Source: Candidatus Nanoclepta minutus
Lineage (GTDB): Archaea; Nanobdellota; Nanobdellia; Nanobdellales; Nanobdellaceae
Reading direction: 5' to 3'
NCBI GenBank assembly: GCA_003568775.1
Contig: MWMI01000001.1
Span: 161,792 to 193,791 of the forward strand
Length of the DNA stretch: 32,000 bases
The notes under the pieces are model-generated. The model ran no database searches. It was not told where the DNA came from and saw nothing but the letters and a program-made list of their open reading frames with translations. Made by a program: the position numbers and the translations under genes. Within the stretch, counting starts at the first letter, position 1, and the number at the start of each line of letters is the position of its first letter. Below, one piece after another: positions 1 to 8,039 of the stretch.

Positions 1-2
1 CA

Positions 3-89
3 AAGAAAATATTTGAAGAAAATATATATAAGGAGTTCATAAATAATCCTAAAAAATTCGGCTTTTTAAAGGAAAAATTCAATTTCTAG
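3..89 (+). CDS. 3' end of a gene entering from upstream of the window (last 28 codons, product unknown)
   Basis: Frame 3 is open from the window edge to TAG at 87-89 (KKIFEENIYKEFINNPKKFGFLKEKFNF*). It stops 2 nt before the next ATG. No family recognised. Confidence 0.3.
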   Translation, partial: KKIFEENIYKEFINNPKKFGFLKEKFNF

Positions 90-91
90 GG

Positions 92-922
92 ATGAATAAG
101 CCATCAAGATTAACCTTTGGTCCTGCAGGAGTTCCAATATCTTCCCCTAAGAAGGATACATATAATGGTATAGTTTTTACATACGAAGAACTAGGTTTGG
201 ATGGTTTTGAGATAGAGTTCGTCTATGGAGTAAAGTTGAAGGATGAGGAAGCTAAAGAAATAGCAGATTATGTAAAGAGGAATAATATAATTTTAACTGC
301 ACATGCACCATACTTCGTTAACTTGAACTCTAATGAAAAATCGAAGATAGATAAATCCGTTCAGTTTATATTCGATACTGCTAGAAAGGCATGGTTAGCC
401 GGTGGGTATTCTATAGTCTTCCATCCGGGATGGTATATGAAATCTACTAAAGAAGAGGCTTATGAGAGGGTTAAGGAAGGCTTGAAGAGAGTGATTAACC
501 TTTTAAAAGATTATAGTATTGAAATATGGGTTAGACCCGAAACTATGGAAGGATTAAAGAAGTTTGGAGATTTAGATGAAGTTATAAGACTATCTAAAGA
601 ATTAGAGTATGTTCTACCATGTATAGATTTTGCCCATTTAAGGTATAGATATAACAATAATGATATAAGTTTCTTTAGGGGAATAATGGAAAGGATAGAG
701 GATGAATTAGGAAGTGAAGCGTTGGAGAATATGCATATTCACATGTCTGGGATAAAGTTGGATAAGGCAGGGACTCATGTTAACTTAAAACAATCGGATA
801 TGCCTTGGCAGGAAATAATGAAGATATTGAAGGATTTTAATGTTAAAGGGATAGTTATCTCGGAGAGTCCAAACATAGAGGGAGATGCTATCCTAATGAA
901 AAAATATTATAAAAGTTTATAG
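92..922 (+). CDS. nfo: Endonuclease IV-like AP endonuclease (family 2, TIM barrel)
   Basis: 276-aa ORF. Motifs line up in order with E. coli Nfo as I remember it: HAPYFVNL (HDSYLINL), FHPG, RPET (ENT), CIDFAH (CIDTCH), MHIH (MHLND), ISES (ILET). Confidence 0.75.
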   Translation: MNKPSRLTFGPAGVPISSPKKDTYNGIVFTYEELGLDGFEIEFVYGVKLKDEEAKEIADYVKRNNIILTAHAPYFVNLNSNEKSKIDKSVQFIFDTARKAWLAGGYSIVFHPGWYMKSTKEEAYERVKEGLKRVINLLKDYSIEIWVRPETMEGLKKFGDLDEVIRLSKELEYVLPCIDFAHLRYRYNNNDISFFRGIMERIEDELGSEALENMHIHMSGIKLDKAGTHVNLKQSDMPWQEIMKILKDFNVKGIVISESPNIEGDAILMKKYYKSL

Positions 923-2389
923 GAGAGCAAAGGTCAATTTAACGTATGCGGGTCTTGTTATGGCATAACCTACTAAGGATGTAATTATTATCATAACTGC
1001 AAAACCTCTAAACAATCCTAATGCAACGTTAGATAGTAACATTGGTACAAAGGCAAATATCTCTGTCATAACTGCTGTTAAAACTATAAATAGAACCTTC
1101 TTTCTTGATTTTTCAATTTTATACTCTTTTTTACCTCTAATTGCATCGTTTACAATAATTAAGTTATCGTCCATTCCAGTTGCAATTCCTAGGAATACTC
1201 CTAATATTGCTGGTATATCGAAGGTCTGTCCAAGGAATATTCCAATAGCTACTGCAATGATGATCTCTGATAGCATAGGTATGTAAATGAGTAATGAGGC
1301 TTTTAGGTTTCTATAAGCTAGAAATACAACTATTCCTAAGATAATTAAAGCGATCAATCCAGCAATAAATATTTTATCTAATGAAGAACTAGCTATTCTT
1401 GGAGAAATATAGGATATCTCCTCTATTGAGAACTTGGAAGGTAAAGAACCACTTCCCAAGACAATTTGTAGTTCTCTTGCCCTATTTATAGCATCTTCTG
1501 CTGCTAATTTCTGTGAAGAACCTTGCCCAGATACTCTTATAAGTACTTGGTTTGCTTCTACACCCTTCAAATTAGAATCTATATATAGATCGGAGACCTC
1601 TTCTCCGTCTAAGTAAAAGTATATCTTCTCAGTTAGGTATCTCCCACCGCTCTCTATAGAAACTGGTATGTTCTTAGTTATTTCTGCAAACCTCTTAGCA
1701 GCATCCTTTGATAGGACTAAAGTGAAGTAATAGGAGCAGACCCAGCTTCCTTGATAATTATCGCATTCCATTCCACTGTATCCAGATCCTGTAAGAATGT
1801 TTATTATATCTATTCCCGTGAAGACTGTTTGGTTCATTATTTTAGCTTCAAAATAACCCTGTCTCATTATACTTTCTATTAAAGTTTTCTCTGTAGATGG
1901 TACTTGGATTATTATATAGTTTCTTCCTGCCGTATATATGTTCAAAGCCTTTAAACCTGCGGAGTTTAACCTATTCTCTAGTATCCTTTGTACAAGATTC
2001 ATCTGGTCTATCGATAGATCCTCTAAAGACTTTAAAATGATTAAGTATCCACCCCCTATATCTGTTCCTAACTTCAGGTTTCCGGATACAGTTACTGAAG
2101 TATTATATTTCAGTAACTCTATTTCTGTAGGATCTAGGATGAAGTTTCCTCTATCAGTCTTTACTATAGCGCTCCCTTCTTCTGGTATACACGAATAAAA
2201 GCTCTGTACACTGCTAACCTTACATCCGTTTATTTCGTATACTACGCTACCCTTAGGAAGTATGGGACTCTCATCTACAGTTATCCTAACTGATAGAAAA
2301 GTGTATAATAGGTATAAAATGGACGCGAATAGTACTATAATATATAGAACTATTCTCCAATCCTTTAGTAAATCCTTAACCGTAGACAT
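917..2389 (-). CDS. secD: SecD-like protein-export membrane protein (SecD/SecF family)
   Basis: 490-aa ORF with an N-terminal TM helix, a ~300-aa external domain and a C-terminal multi-TM bundle with SecD/SecF-type sequence (GIATGMDDNLIIVNDAIRG, FRGFAVMIIITSLVGY). No adjacent secF. Confidence 0.6.
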   Translation of the reverse strand: MSTVKDLLKDWRIVLYIIVLFASILYLLYTFLSVRITVDESPILPKGSVVYEINGCKVSSVQSFYSCIPEEGSAIVKTDRGNFILDPTEIELLKYNTSVTVSGNLKLGTDIGGGYLIILKSLEDLSIDQMNLVQRILENRLNSAGLKALNIYTAGRNYIIIQVPSTEKTLIESIMRQGYFEAKIMNQTVFTGIDIINILTGSGYSGMECDNYQGSWVCSYYFTLVLSKDAAKRFAEITKNIPVSIESGGRYLTEKIYFYLDGEEVSDLYIDSNLKGVEANQVLIRVSGQGSSQKLAAEDAINRARELQIVLGSGSLPSKFSIEEISYISPRIASSSLDKIFIAGLIALIILGIVVFLAYRNLKASLLIYIPMLSEIIIAVAIGIFLGQTFDIPAILGVFLGIATGMDDNLIIVNDAIRGKKEYKIEKSRKKVLFIVLTAVMTEIFAFVPMLLSNVALGLFRGFAVMIIITSLVGYAITRPAYVKLTFALL

Positions 2390-2413
2390 TTTCTAAAATT
2401 ATCTAAAAAATTT

Positions 2414-2992
2414 TTATGGTTTCCCTCTTGAATATCCTAAGGTAACTCCCATAGCTACTAAATGGGCTACTCTTACAGGTTCTGGTATCCTAGAATTGAT
2501 AGAAGTTTTTATTATAATCTCCTCTGCATCTTCATCAGATATCCCAACGTTTTGATAGTACGTTAATCCATACTTTGTTTTTATTGGTTTAGGTTCCGGT
2601 AAGCTTTTCAATATCTCTAACTTTCTTTCATAGTTTTTAACCTTTTTCAACGCTTTTATGAACTTATCCATATCCGGTTTTTTCCTTATAACAGCTATGA
2701 TGGGTAATTTTAAATCTTCAAATATCTTGTTCATATCTATTATATTAAAACCTGCAAAGGATATGCCGTTTGTCATAATGATCCTTATCTGATTTAAATG
2801 GGAGGTTCTCCTTATCATCTCTATTATTTTATCAGTTGTATCATCACCATCTACCTCAACATAGTTAGATAGAACACCATCTATTTGTCCATATCCCCTC
2901 ATAATTACTCCAACTATCAATGCTTTATCATCTTTATCCTTATCAAAATGTCCATCGTCTATCCCTACTATCCTTATCTCCCTCTTTATCAT
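2414..2992 (-). CDS. UPF0215/DUF99 family protein (endonuclease V-like fold)
   Basis: 192 aa. IRIVGIDDGHF, VDGDDTT, GISFAGFNIIDM and PEPVRVAHLVA match my memory of the archaeal DUF99 family. Confidence 0.7.
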   Translation of the reverse strand: MIKREIRIVGIDDGHFDKDKDDKALIVGVIMRGYGQIDGVLSNYVEVDGDDTTDKIIEMIRRTSHLNQIRIIMTNGISFAGFNIIDMNKIFEDLKLPIIAVIRKKPDMDKFIKALKKVKNYERKLEILKSLPEPKPIKTKYGLTYYQNVGISDEDAEEIIIKTSINSRIPEPVRVAHLVAMGVTLGYSRGKP

Positions 2993-3426
2993 TCCTCAAA
3001 ATCTATTACATCTGATACTCTCGGTTTAAAGTTTTTATTTTCACCTTTTTCTATTATTTCCTCCCTTATTATTATGCTTTCCCCTATCAACTTTTCAATC
3101 CTTTTAGCCATTTCTATGGAAGGTTTTATCCTTCCTTCCTCCAGATTTTTATATAGACTCTCCTTTATTCCCAAAATTTTTGCCATATCCTTTTGCTTTA
3201 ATTTTCTAGATTCCCTATACTTTCTAAGTTTTTCATAGAACTTATCATCTATCAAGTATTCTTCTACTCTTCTAGATTCTTTTATTTGATTTTTTATTTT
3301 TTTCTCTCCTTTTTCTATGTTCTCAACTTTTAATTCCCTTGCACATTTTTCGCATATCCAGACCCATGCACCCTCAATTATTACCCTTTTACTGGCTTTT
3401 CCAGTTCCACATATTTCACAGATCAT
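2989..3426 (-). CDS. mbf1: Archaeal MBF1-type transcription factor (zinc ribbon + XRE HTH)
   Basis: 145 aa. N-terminal CEICG...CEKCA zinc ribbon and C-terminal HTH (LRKYRESRKLKQKDMAKILGIKESLYKNLEEGRIKP). 4-nt overlaps with both neighbours indicate an operon. Confidence 0.8.
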   Translation of the reverse strand: MICEICGTGKASKRVIIEGAWVWICEKCARELKVENIEKGEKKIKNQIKESRRVEEYLIDDKFYEKLRKYRESRKLKQKDMAKILGIKESLYKNLEEGRIKPSIEMAKRIEKLIGESIIIREEIIEKGENKNFKPRVSDVIDFEE

Positions 3427-4064
3427 TTTATTAGCGTTTTCTTAATAGTTTCCCTATTTTCTAATACTATCAATATACCTATCGATACACCGAGAGAAAT
3501 TGCTATAGAGATCATGAAGACGTTTAGTACTAGCTGAAATATAGAAGTTGGTAATCCTAAAATTTCTAGTCCCCAAACGAAGAACATATAGATTATTAAA
3601 CCTTTTGATAACAGAACTACGGTTTCTCTACTAGTTATTCCCCTCAATAGGATCTCAATTATTCCAGCAATTATGGAACCTATCGATAGGATAATCACCA
3701 TGGTATAAAGCATGTTTAGGTATCCTAATAGTAGGTTGAAGCCTATTCCGAAGTTTGCTATTCCTAAAAATATGAAGTATAGATATATGTAATACCTTAA
3801 TAGCTTCCTTATGAACTCTGATGGTCTAATACCAAATAGTATGTTTTCCATCCTCTTCTCTTTCAGATATTCATCTAGCCTTATATAAGAGAGTACTATT
3901 CTAGCGAAGAAGTCAGCCACTCTTCCTATTATATAACCAAGCGTTGCTATTAACAATAGTAATATAAACTTGGATAGGTAAGTTGGAGTTTCTGCTATAA
4001 ACTTTATTATCGGAAACGTAACATTGTTGTATATTTCCTTTAGTAAATCCTGAATAAATCCCAT
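3423..4064 (-). CDS. Polytopic membrane protein, function unknown
   Basis: 213-aa ORF with about 5 hydrophobic helices. First gene of the minus-strand operon running from 4064 down to 917. Confidence 0.5.
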   Translation of the reverse strand: MGFIQDLLKEIYNNVTFPIIKFIAETPTYLSKFILLLLIATLGYIIGRVADFFARIVLSYIRLDEYLKEKRMENILFGIRPSEFIRKLLRYYIYLYFIFLGIANFGIGFNLLLGYLNMLYTMVIILSIGSIIAGIIEILLRGITSRETVVLLSKGLIIYMFFVWGLEILGLPTSIFQLVLNVFMISIAISLGVSIGILIVLENRETIKKTLIK

Positions 4065-4110
4065 TACTAAATAAGTTAATTAAGGTTTATTAGTATATCT
4101 AAATTAAATA

Positions 4111-4183
4111 GGGCCCGTGGCTCAGGGGCTAGAGCGCCCGGCTGATAACCGGGAGGTCGGGGGTTCAAATCCCCCCGGGCCCA
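4111..4183 (+). tRNA. tRNA-Ile (anticodon GAU)
   Basis: Hand-folded 73-nt cloverleaf. Acceptor GGGCCCG/CGGGCCC, D stem GCTC/GAGC, anticodon stem CCCGG/CCGGG with loop CTGATAA, T arm GGGGG-TTCAAAT-CCCCC, discriminator A. No encoded CCA. Confidence 0.93.
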
Positions 4184-4204
4184 TAGAAGTTCAACTAGTT
4201 AGCC

Positions 4205-4212
4205 TTTAAATT
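4205..4212 (+). promoter_or_regulatory. TATA box of the enolase gene
   Basis: TTTAAATT is centred about 26 nt upstream of ATG 4234. Confidence 0.45.
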
Positions 4213-4233
4213 ACCAAAAGACTTAGAAGAATC

Positions 4234-5409
4234 ATGAGAATAGTTGATGCTAGAGCGAGGATTGTCCTTAATTCTAGAGGTGAACCTATTTTGGAAGTTG
4301 AGATAAATAGGTCTTCGGAGGCTGTACCTTTAGGTGCTAGCAGGGGTTCCCACGAAGTTTCTAGGTTAGAGATTGAAAAGGCAGTTGAGATATTTAATTC
4401 CGAACTGGTAGATTTCCTTAAGACGTACGATATACAAACTCTGGGAGATCTAAAGAACTTTGAGGAAGACTTCCTAACTATAGGGGGTATTAAGAGATAT
4501 GGAGGGGATATATTGTTGGCGATTGAGTATGCTATACTGAGGGCGTGGGCAAACTATTATAATAAACCGATCTATGCTTTCTTTAACGAAAAGCCAAAGT
4601 TCAATATAAAGATCTTGGCAAACGTTGTTGGGGGTGGTGCTCATTCAAAGTGGAGGGGACCGAGCGTTCAAGAATTCTTAATAGTTCCTTATGTAGAAGA
4701 TATTAGGTTAGCAGTTTTCTTATCTTCCTACATCCATAAAAAGATAGGGGAAAGGCTAGAGACGCTGGATAAGAAGTTTATGTATGGAAGGAATGATGAA
4801 GGGGCATGGGTTACTTCCTTAGATGAAGATTCTATCCTTTCTCTGTTATCCTCAATTAGAGAAGAGATAAAGAAAGAGTATTCCATAGATATTAAGCTAG
4901 GCATAGATATGGCGGCAACCCATCTTTATAAGGAAGGAGTATACAGATACAGGGGGAAGGAATATTCTAGGGAAGATTTTATATCGGAAATAAATAGGAT
5001 GATAAAGGATTATAAGTTGTTTTATGTTGAAGATCCTTTGTTTGAAGAAGATTTTGAAGGTTTTTCAGAAATTAACAAATCTACAGATGCATTGATTACG
5101 GGGGACGATTTAACCGTTACTAATACAGAGAGGATAAAGAAAGCAATTGAAAAGAATTCTGTAAAGGCAGTTATAATAAAGCCGGATCAGGTAGGGTCTT
5201 TAATAAAAGTAATTGAGGCAGTAGAATTATGTAAGAGAAATAACATAATTCCAGTTCTGTCCCATAGGTCTGGAGAAACTGAAAGTAATATTCTTGCACA
5301 CTTAGCAGTTGGACTAGAGATACCTTTTGTGAAGTTTGGAATAAGCGGTGGAGAAAGGATATCCAAACTAAACGAGCTGATAAGAATATTTGAAAAAATT
5401 AAATCTTAA
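4234..5409 (+). CDS. eno: Enolase (phosphopyruvate hydratase), compact 391-aa form
   Basis: Enolase motifs in order: NSRGEPILEVE, GASRGSHE, GIDMAAT, VEDPLFEEDFEGF, GDDLTVTN, IKPDQVGSL, SHRSGETES. Confidence 0.9.
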   Translation: MRIVDARARIVLNSRGEPILEVEINRSSEAVPLGASRGSHEVSRLEIEKAVEIFNSELVDFLKTYDIQTLGDLKNFEEDFLTIGGIKRYGGDILLAIEYAILRAWANYYNKPIYAFFNEKPKFNIKILANVVGGGAHSKWRGPSVQEFLIVPYVEDIRLAVFLSSYIHKKIGERLETLDKKFMYGRNDEGAWVTSLDEDSILSLLSSIREEIKKEYSIDIKLGIDMAATHLYKEGVYRYRGKEYSREDFISEINRMIKDYKLFYVEDPLFEEDFEGFSEINKSTDALITGDDLTVTNTERIKKAIEKNSVKAVIIKPDQVGSLIKVIEAVELCKRNNIIPVLSHRSGETESNILAHLAVGLEIPFVKFGISGGERISKLNELIRIFEKIKS

Positions 5410-5870
5410 ACTTCTAAAGGCTTTCTAACTAATAAACCATCCGTTACCCTCAATATATCCCTAACAATTGTATCTTCATTTACGAATATGTCTTCTATAT
5501 CGTTTCCAATTTTACCCTTTCCTATTTTTATTTTGCTTGATGGAGACAGTAAATAATATTTGTTACCTGATAACAGGATTTCTTTTTCATTTCTTATGTT
5601 TAAACCAATGTAAAGTATCTCCGATCTTGAGAATATCTTATCTTTTTGATTTAGATATTCGAAGTCATACAAATATATATCGTTTCCTTCTATAAATTTA
5701 ATCTTTTCTCCTATATTTAATTTACATCTCCAATTCCTCTTATATAAATCGTATTTTTCAGATGAGTATTCTCTTTTATTTTTAATTTTCAATATATTCT
5801 TGTTTTTCTCTATTGTTATATCGACATTCCTTATATCTAGCTTTATTCCTATACCGAGAACTTCCGTCAT
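5406..5870 (-). CDS. Hypothetical protein (154 aa, no family recognised)
   Basis: Long ORF with an ATG 26 nt from a TATA-like element. Lys/Ile/Asn-rich, probably beta-rich. No motif recognised. Confidence 0.45.
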   Translation of the reverse strand: MTEVLGIGIKLDIRNVDITIEKNKNILKIKNKREYSSEKYDLYKRNWRCKLNIGEKIKFIEGNDIYLYDFEYLNQKDKIFSRSEILYIGLNIRNEKEILLSGNKYYLLSPSSKIKIGKGKIGNDIEDIFVNEDTIVRDILRVTDGLLVRKPLEV

Positions 5871-5890
5871 AAAGATAATTCTATTTTTAA

Positions 5891-5900
5891 TTATTTATAA
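5891..5900. promoter_or_regulatory. Single central TATA-like element shared by the divergent 154-aa ORF and the methyltransferase gene
   Basis: TTATTTATAA lies about 26 nt from both ATG 5870 (minus strand) and ATG 5923 (plus strand). The spacer is exactly 52 nt. Confidence 0.45.
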
Positions 5901-5922
5901 TTTTGAGAACAGTGTTTATTAT

Positions 5923-6474
5923 ATGGATAATAATGAATATGATGAGAGGGTTGTAGACTATTATAACAATCTATCTGATGTTTATGATGAATTATACGGT
6001 GAAGAGCAGAATAAAAAGATAAGGATTATAGAGGAGATATATAATAGACTGTTTGGTTCGAAGGTCTTTGAAAAGGGTTTAGATTATGGGTGTGGGACGG
6101 GTATTTCCTCTATCTTCCTAAGTAAAATCTCAAAGGAAGTTTACATATACGATATTTCTGAGAAGATGATAGAAATCGCTAAAAATAAAGTTAAAAATGC
6201 TATTCCTGTAAAAATTAACGATTTAGGTAATTATTTAGGATTCTTTGATGTTGTACTATCGGTAACAGTCCTACAGGACTCTAAGGATCCAGAAAAAGAT
6301 TTAGAGCTTATATTTAAGCTTCTGAAGGAAGAAGGTTTGTTAATCCTCTCAGTTTTAAAGAAGAAGGGTTTAGCTTTTTGGAAGCCTCTAATTAAGAAAT
6401 ATTTTAATATAATATGGTTTTATGAGGAAGATAAAGATTTTATATTTTTCTTAATTAAGAAAATCAAACTTTAA
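5923..6474 (+). CDS. Class I SAM-dependent methyltransferase (183 aa from the internal ATG)
   Basis: Motif I LDYGCGTGISS and post-I acidic residue (YIYDISEKM). I moved the start to ATG 5923. The 5800 start of the track would overlap the divergent gene and add a hydrophobic non-conserved leader. A TATA-like element lies 26 nt upstream of 5923. Confidence 0.75.
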   Translation: MDNNEYDERVVDYYNNLSDVYDELYGEEQNKKIRIIEEIYNRLFGSKVFEKGLDYGCGTGISSIFLSKISKEVYIYDISEKMIEIAKNKVKNAIPVKINDLGNYLGFFDVVLSVTVLQDSKDPEKDLELIFKLLKEEGLLILSVLKKKGLAFWKPLIKKYFNIIWFYEEDKDFIFFLIKKIKL

Positions 6475-6736
6475 ACCATCTCCTTATATCTTCTGGGATC
6501 TCTAGTAAGTTTCTATTCGCCATACAGTCTAATATTCCCCAGATATAGTTGACAAGCTCAAATGCTTTTATTTTTTCTCCATTTTTATAGAAATATTTGC
6601 AATCTTCCCAATAAGCTTTTACAAAATTCTCTAAGTTCTTATCTAAAAAATTTACTTTTTTGAATACTTCTTCTAATTTTTTAAATTCCCTTTCTAGCAG
6701 AGATAATAACTCCTCACTCGAGTTTTTCGCATCCAT
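6464..6736 (-). CDS. DUF357 family small archaeal protein
   Basis: 90 aa. YWEDCKYFYKNGEKIKAFELVNYIWGILDCMA resembles the DUF357 core pattern (Y..DA..F...GD...A...YA.G.LD). Confidence 0.55.
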   Translation of the reverse strand: MDAKNSSEELLSLLEREFKKLEEVFKKVNFLDKNLENFVKAYWEDCKYFYKNGEKIKAFELVNYIWGILDCMANRNLLEIPEDIRRWFKV

Positions 6737-7232
6737 ATTCCTTACATTGTTCGATTAACCATAATATTGAATACCTATTACCTAAAAGAACGTTTTCAGA
6801 TAATTTACAGAAGGAATAGGTATTATTTATATATACTGGTGTTCCGTTTGCTTTTATACAGAGATCCTCTTCAATCCCTTTTCCTAAGAAGTATCCATCA
6901 TTCTCTTGGTTTCTATCTGGATAACCGCTTATAATTATAATTGTATCGTTTACTTTAGCAAAGACGAATGGAACACCCCTAAAATAGTTTGAAAGGTTCC
7001 TGAAAGTATTCCTAAGATAGAAGTTCTCTATAGATATTTTCTCTACTCCAACTCCCTCCTTCTCCAAAAACTCTATGAGGTTCTCACAGTGGGGACATGT
7101 AGGAGAGTAGACTAAGTATATATTATACCTCTCGAGAGGTTCGTTTTTTGTATTTTTTATTAAAAATAGAGAAAGAAATGTTAGCACAAGGGATACTAGA
7201 AATATAAGTAATATACGTTCCTTCCTTGTCAT
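6714..7232 (-). CDS. Membrane-anchored thioredoxin/glutaredoxin-fold thiol-disulfide oxidoreductase
   Basis: 172 aa. N-terminal TM helix, then YSPTCPHCENL (CxxC redox motif). Four further Cys in the C-terminal half. 4-nt overlap with the upstream CcdA-like gene. Confidence 0.65.
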   Translation of the reverse strand: MTRKERILLIFLVSLVLTFLSLFLIKNTKNEPLERYNIYLVYSPTCPHCENLIEFLEKEGVGVEKISIENFYLRNTFRNLSNYFRGVPFVFAKVNDTIIIISGYPDRNQENDGYFLGKGIEEDLCIKANGTPVYINNTYSFCKLSENVLLGNRYSILWLIEQCKEYGCEKLE

Positions 7233-7867
7233 ATCAATAGATATATTAGTATAGCTAATAAAAGTATTCCTGAAATGAGGTGTAATTCTCTAACATGCCT
7301 GTTCCTCCATTCCATTACTCTCTCAGGTTTAATCGTAAAGTAGACTAAAAACGTTATTGCAAAGAACGGAGAAGCAAATACCAATAAGTATATAATGAAA
7401 TACAAATAGTTGATGGTTTTTTGGAGCCCTAGAAATAAAATATATGGTCCAGAACTACATGGTAATAAGAATAAGCTTATTAGTATTGCTATTGGGACTG
7501 CCATCCATGGAGAATAAGCACTAGCTATGAATCTATACACATATGGTTTTAAAAATGTTGGCATCTCTACAGAAATCATTCCTGGTTTATAATTAAAGTA
7601 TGCATTGAATTCTAATATAATCAAAATTATTAATAAAACGATCAAAAGAGTTTTAACTATCTCATAAAACATAGAAAGGATTTGGTGTAAAACTAAGCCG
7701 TAAAGGGCATACATTATTATTACTGTAATTGAAAACAAAATACCACCTATTAGAACATTTTTTCTACCCCTTGTTAGAAGCATTGATAGAAGTGCTGCCT
7801 GAATTGCTATGGAACAAGGGTTTATAGCATCAACAGCAGCTAGGTTTATCGTTGTAAACAGATCCAT
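7229..7867 (-). CDS. ccdA: CcdA/DsbD-type transmembrane thiol-disulfide electron transporter
   Basis: 212 aa, about 6 TM helices. The two characteristic in-membrane Cys motifs are present: AVDAINPCSIA and LLPCSSGPY. Confidence 0.7.
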   Translation of the reverse strand: MDLFTTINLAAVDAINPCSIAIQAALLSMLLTRGRKNVLIGGILFSITVIIMYALYGLVLHQILSMFYEIVKTLLIVLLIILIILEFNAYFNYKPGMISVEMPTFLKPYVYRFIASAYSPWMAVPIAILISLFLLPCSSGPYILFLGLQKTINYLYFIIYLLVFASPFFAITFLVYFTIKPERVMEWRNRHVRELHLISGILLLAILIYLLI

Positions 7868-7905
7868 AAATTTAAAATTCTAAATAGTTTTATAAAAAAT
7901 ATATT

Positions 7906-7977
7906 GCCGCCGTAGCTCAGCGGTAGAGCATCCGGCTGTTAACCGGAGGGTCGGGGGTTCAAATCCCCCCGGCGGCG
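7906..7977 (+). tRNA. tRNA-Asn (anticodon GUU)
   Basis: Hand-folded 72-nt cloverleaf. Acceptor GCCGCCG/CGGCGGC, D stem GCTC/GAGC, anticodon stem TCCGG/CCGGA with loop CTGTTAA, T arm GGGGG-TTCAAAT-CCCCC, discriminator G. No encoded CCA. Confidence 0.93.
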
Positions 7978-7980
7978 TAA

Positions 7981-8031
7981 ATGATGAGGGGATTGCCGGG
8001 AAATGAAAGGTGAAGTGAGCCTCCTAGCTGA
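7981..8031 (+). ncRNA. Candidate C/D-box sRNA (2'-O-methylation guide)
   Basis: A perfect C box ATGATGA (7981-7987) and D box CTGA (8028-8031) lie 51 nt apart. The intervening 44 nt are about 55% G+C by my count in an AT-rich spacer. T6 follows at 8034-8039. Internal D'/C' boxes are only degenerate (ATGA 8003-8006 or GAAA 8000-8003; GTGAAGT 8010-8016). Confidence 0.4.
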
Positions 8032-8033
8032 TG

Positions 8034-8039
8034 TTTTTT
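8034..8039 (+). terminator. Oligo-T tract after the C/D-box-like element
   Basis: TTTTTT lies 2 nt after the D box. Archaeal RNA polymerase terminates at oligo-T runs. Confidence 0.3.

Noticed and set aside
5800-5922. N-terminal 41-codon extension of the methyltransferase ORF as given in the track.
   Set aside because: It would overlap the divergent 154-aa gene by 71 nt and span the shared promoter spacer. It adds a hydrophobic segment unrelated to the methyltransferase fold. ATG 5923 has a TATA-like element at -26.
5939-5978. ATGATGA ... CTGA pair (and a second ATGATGA) inside the methyltransferase gene.
   Set aside because: It lies in a well-supported coding frame (YDERVVDYYNNLSDVYDELY). 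Asp/Glu/Tyr codons in an AT-rich gene generate these strings by chance.
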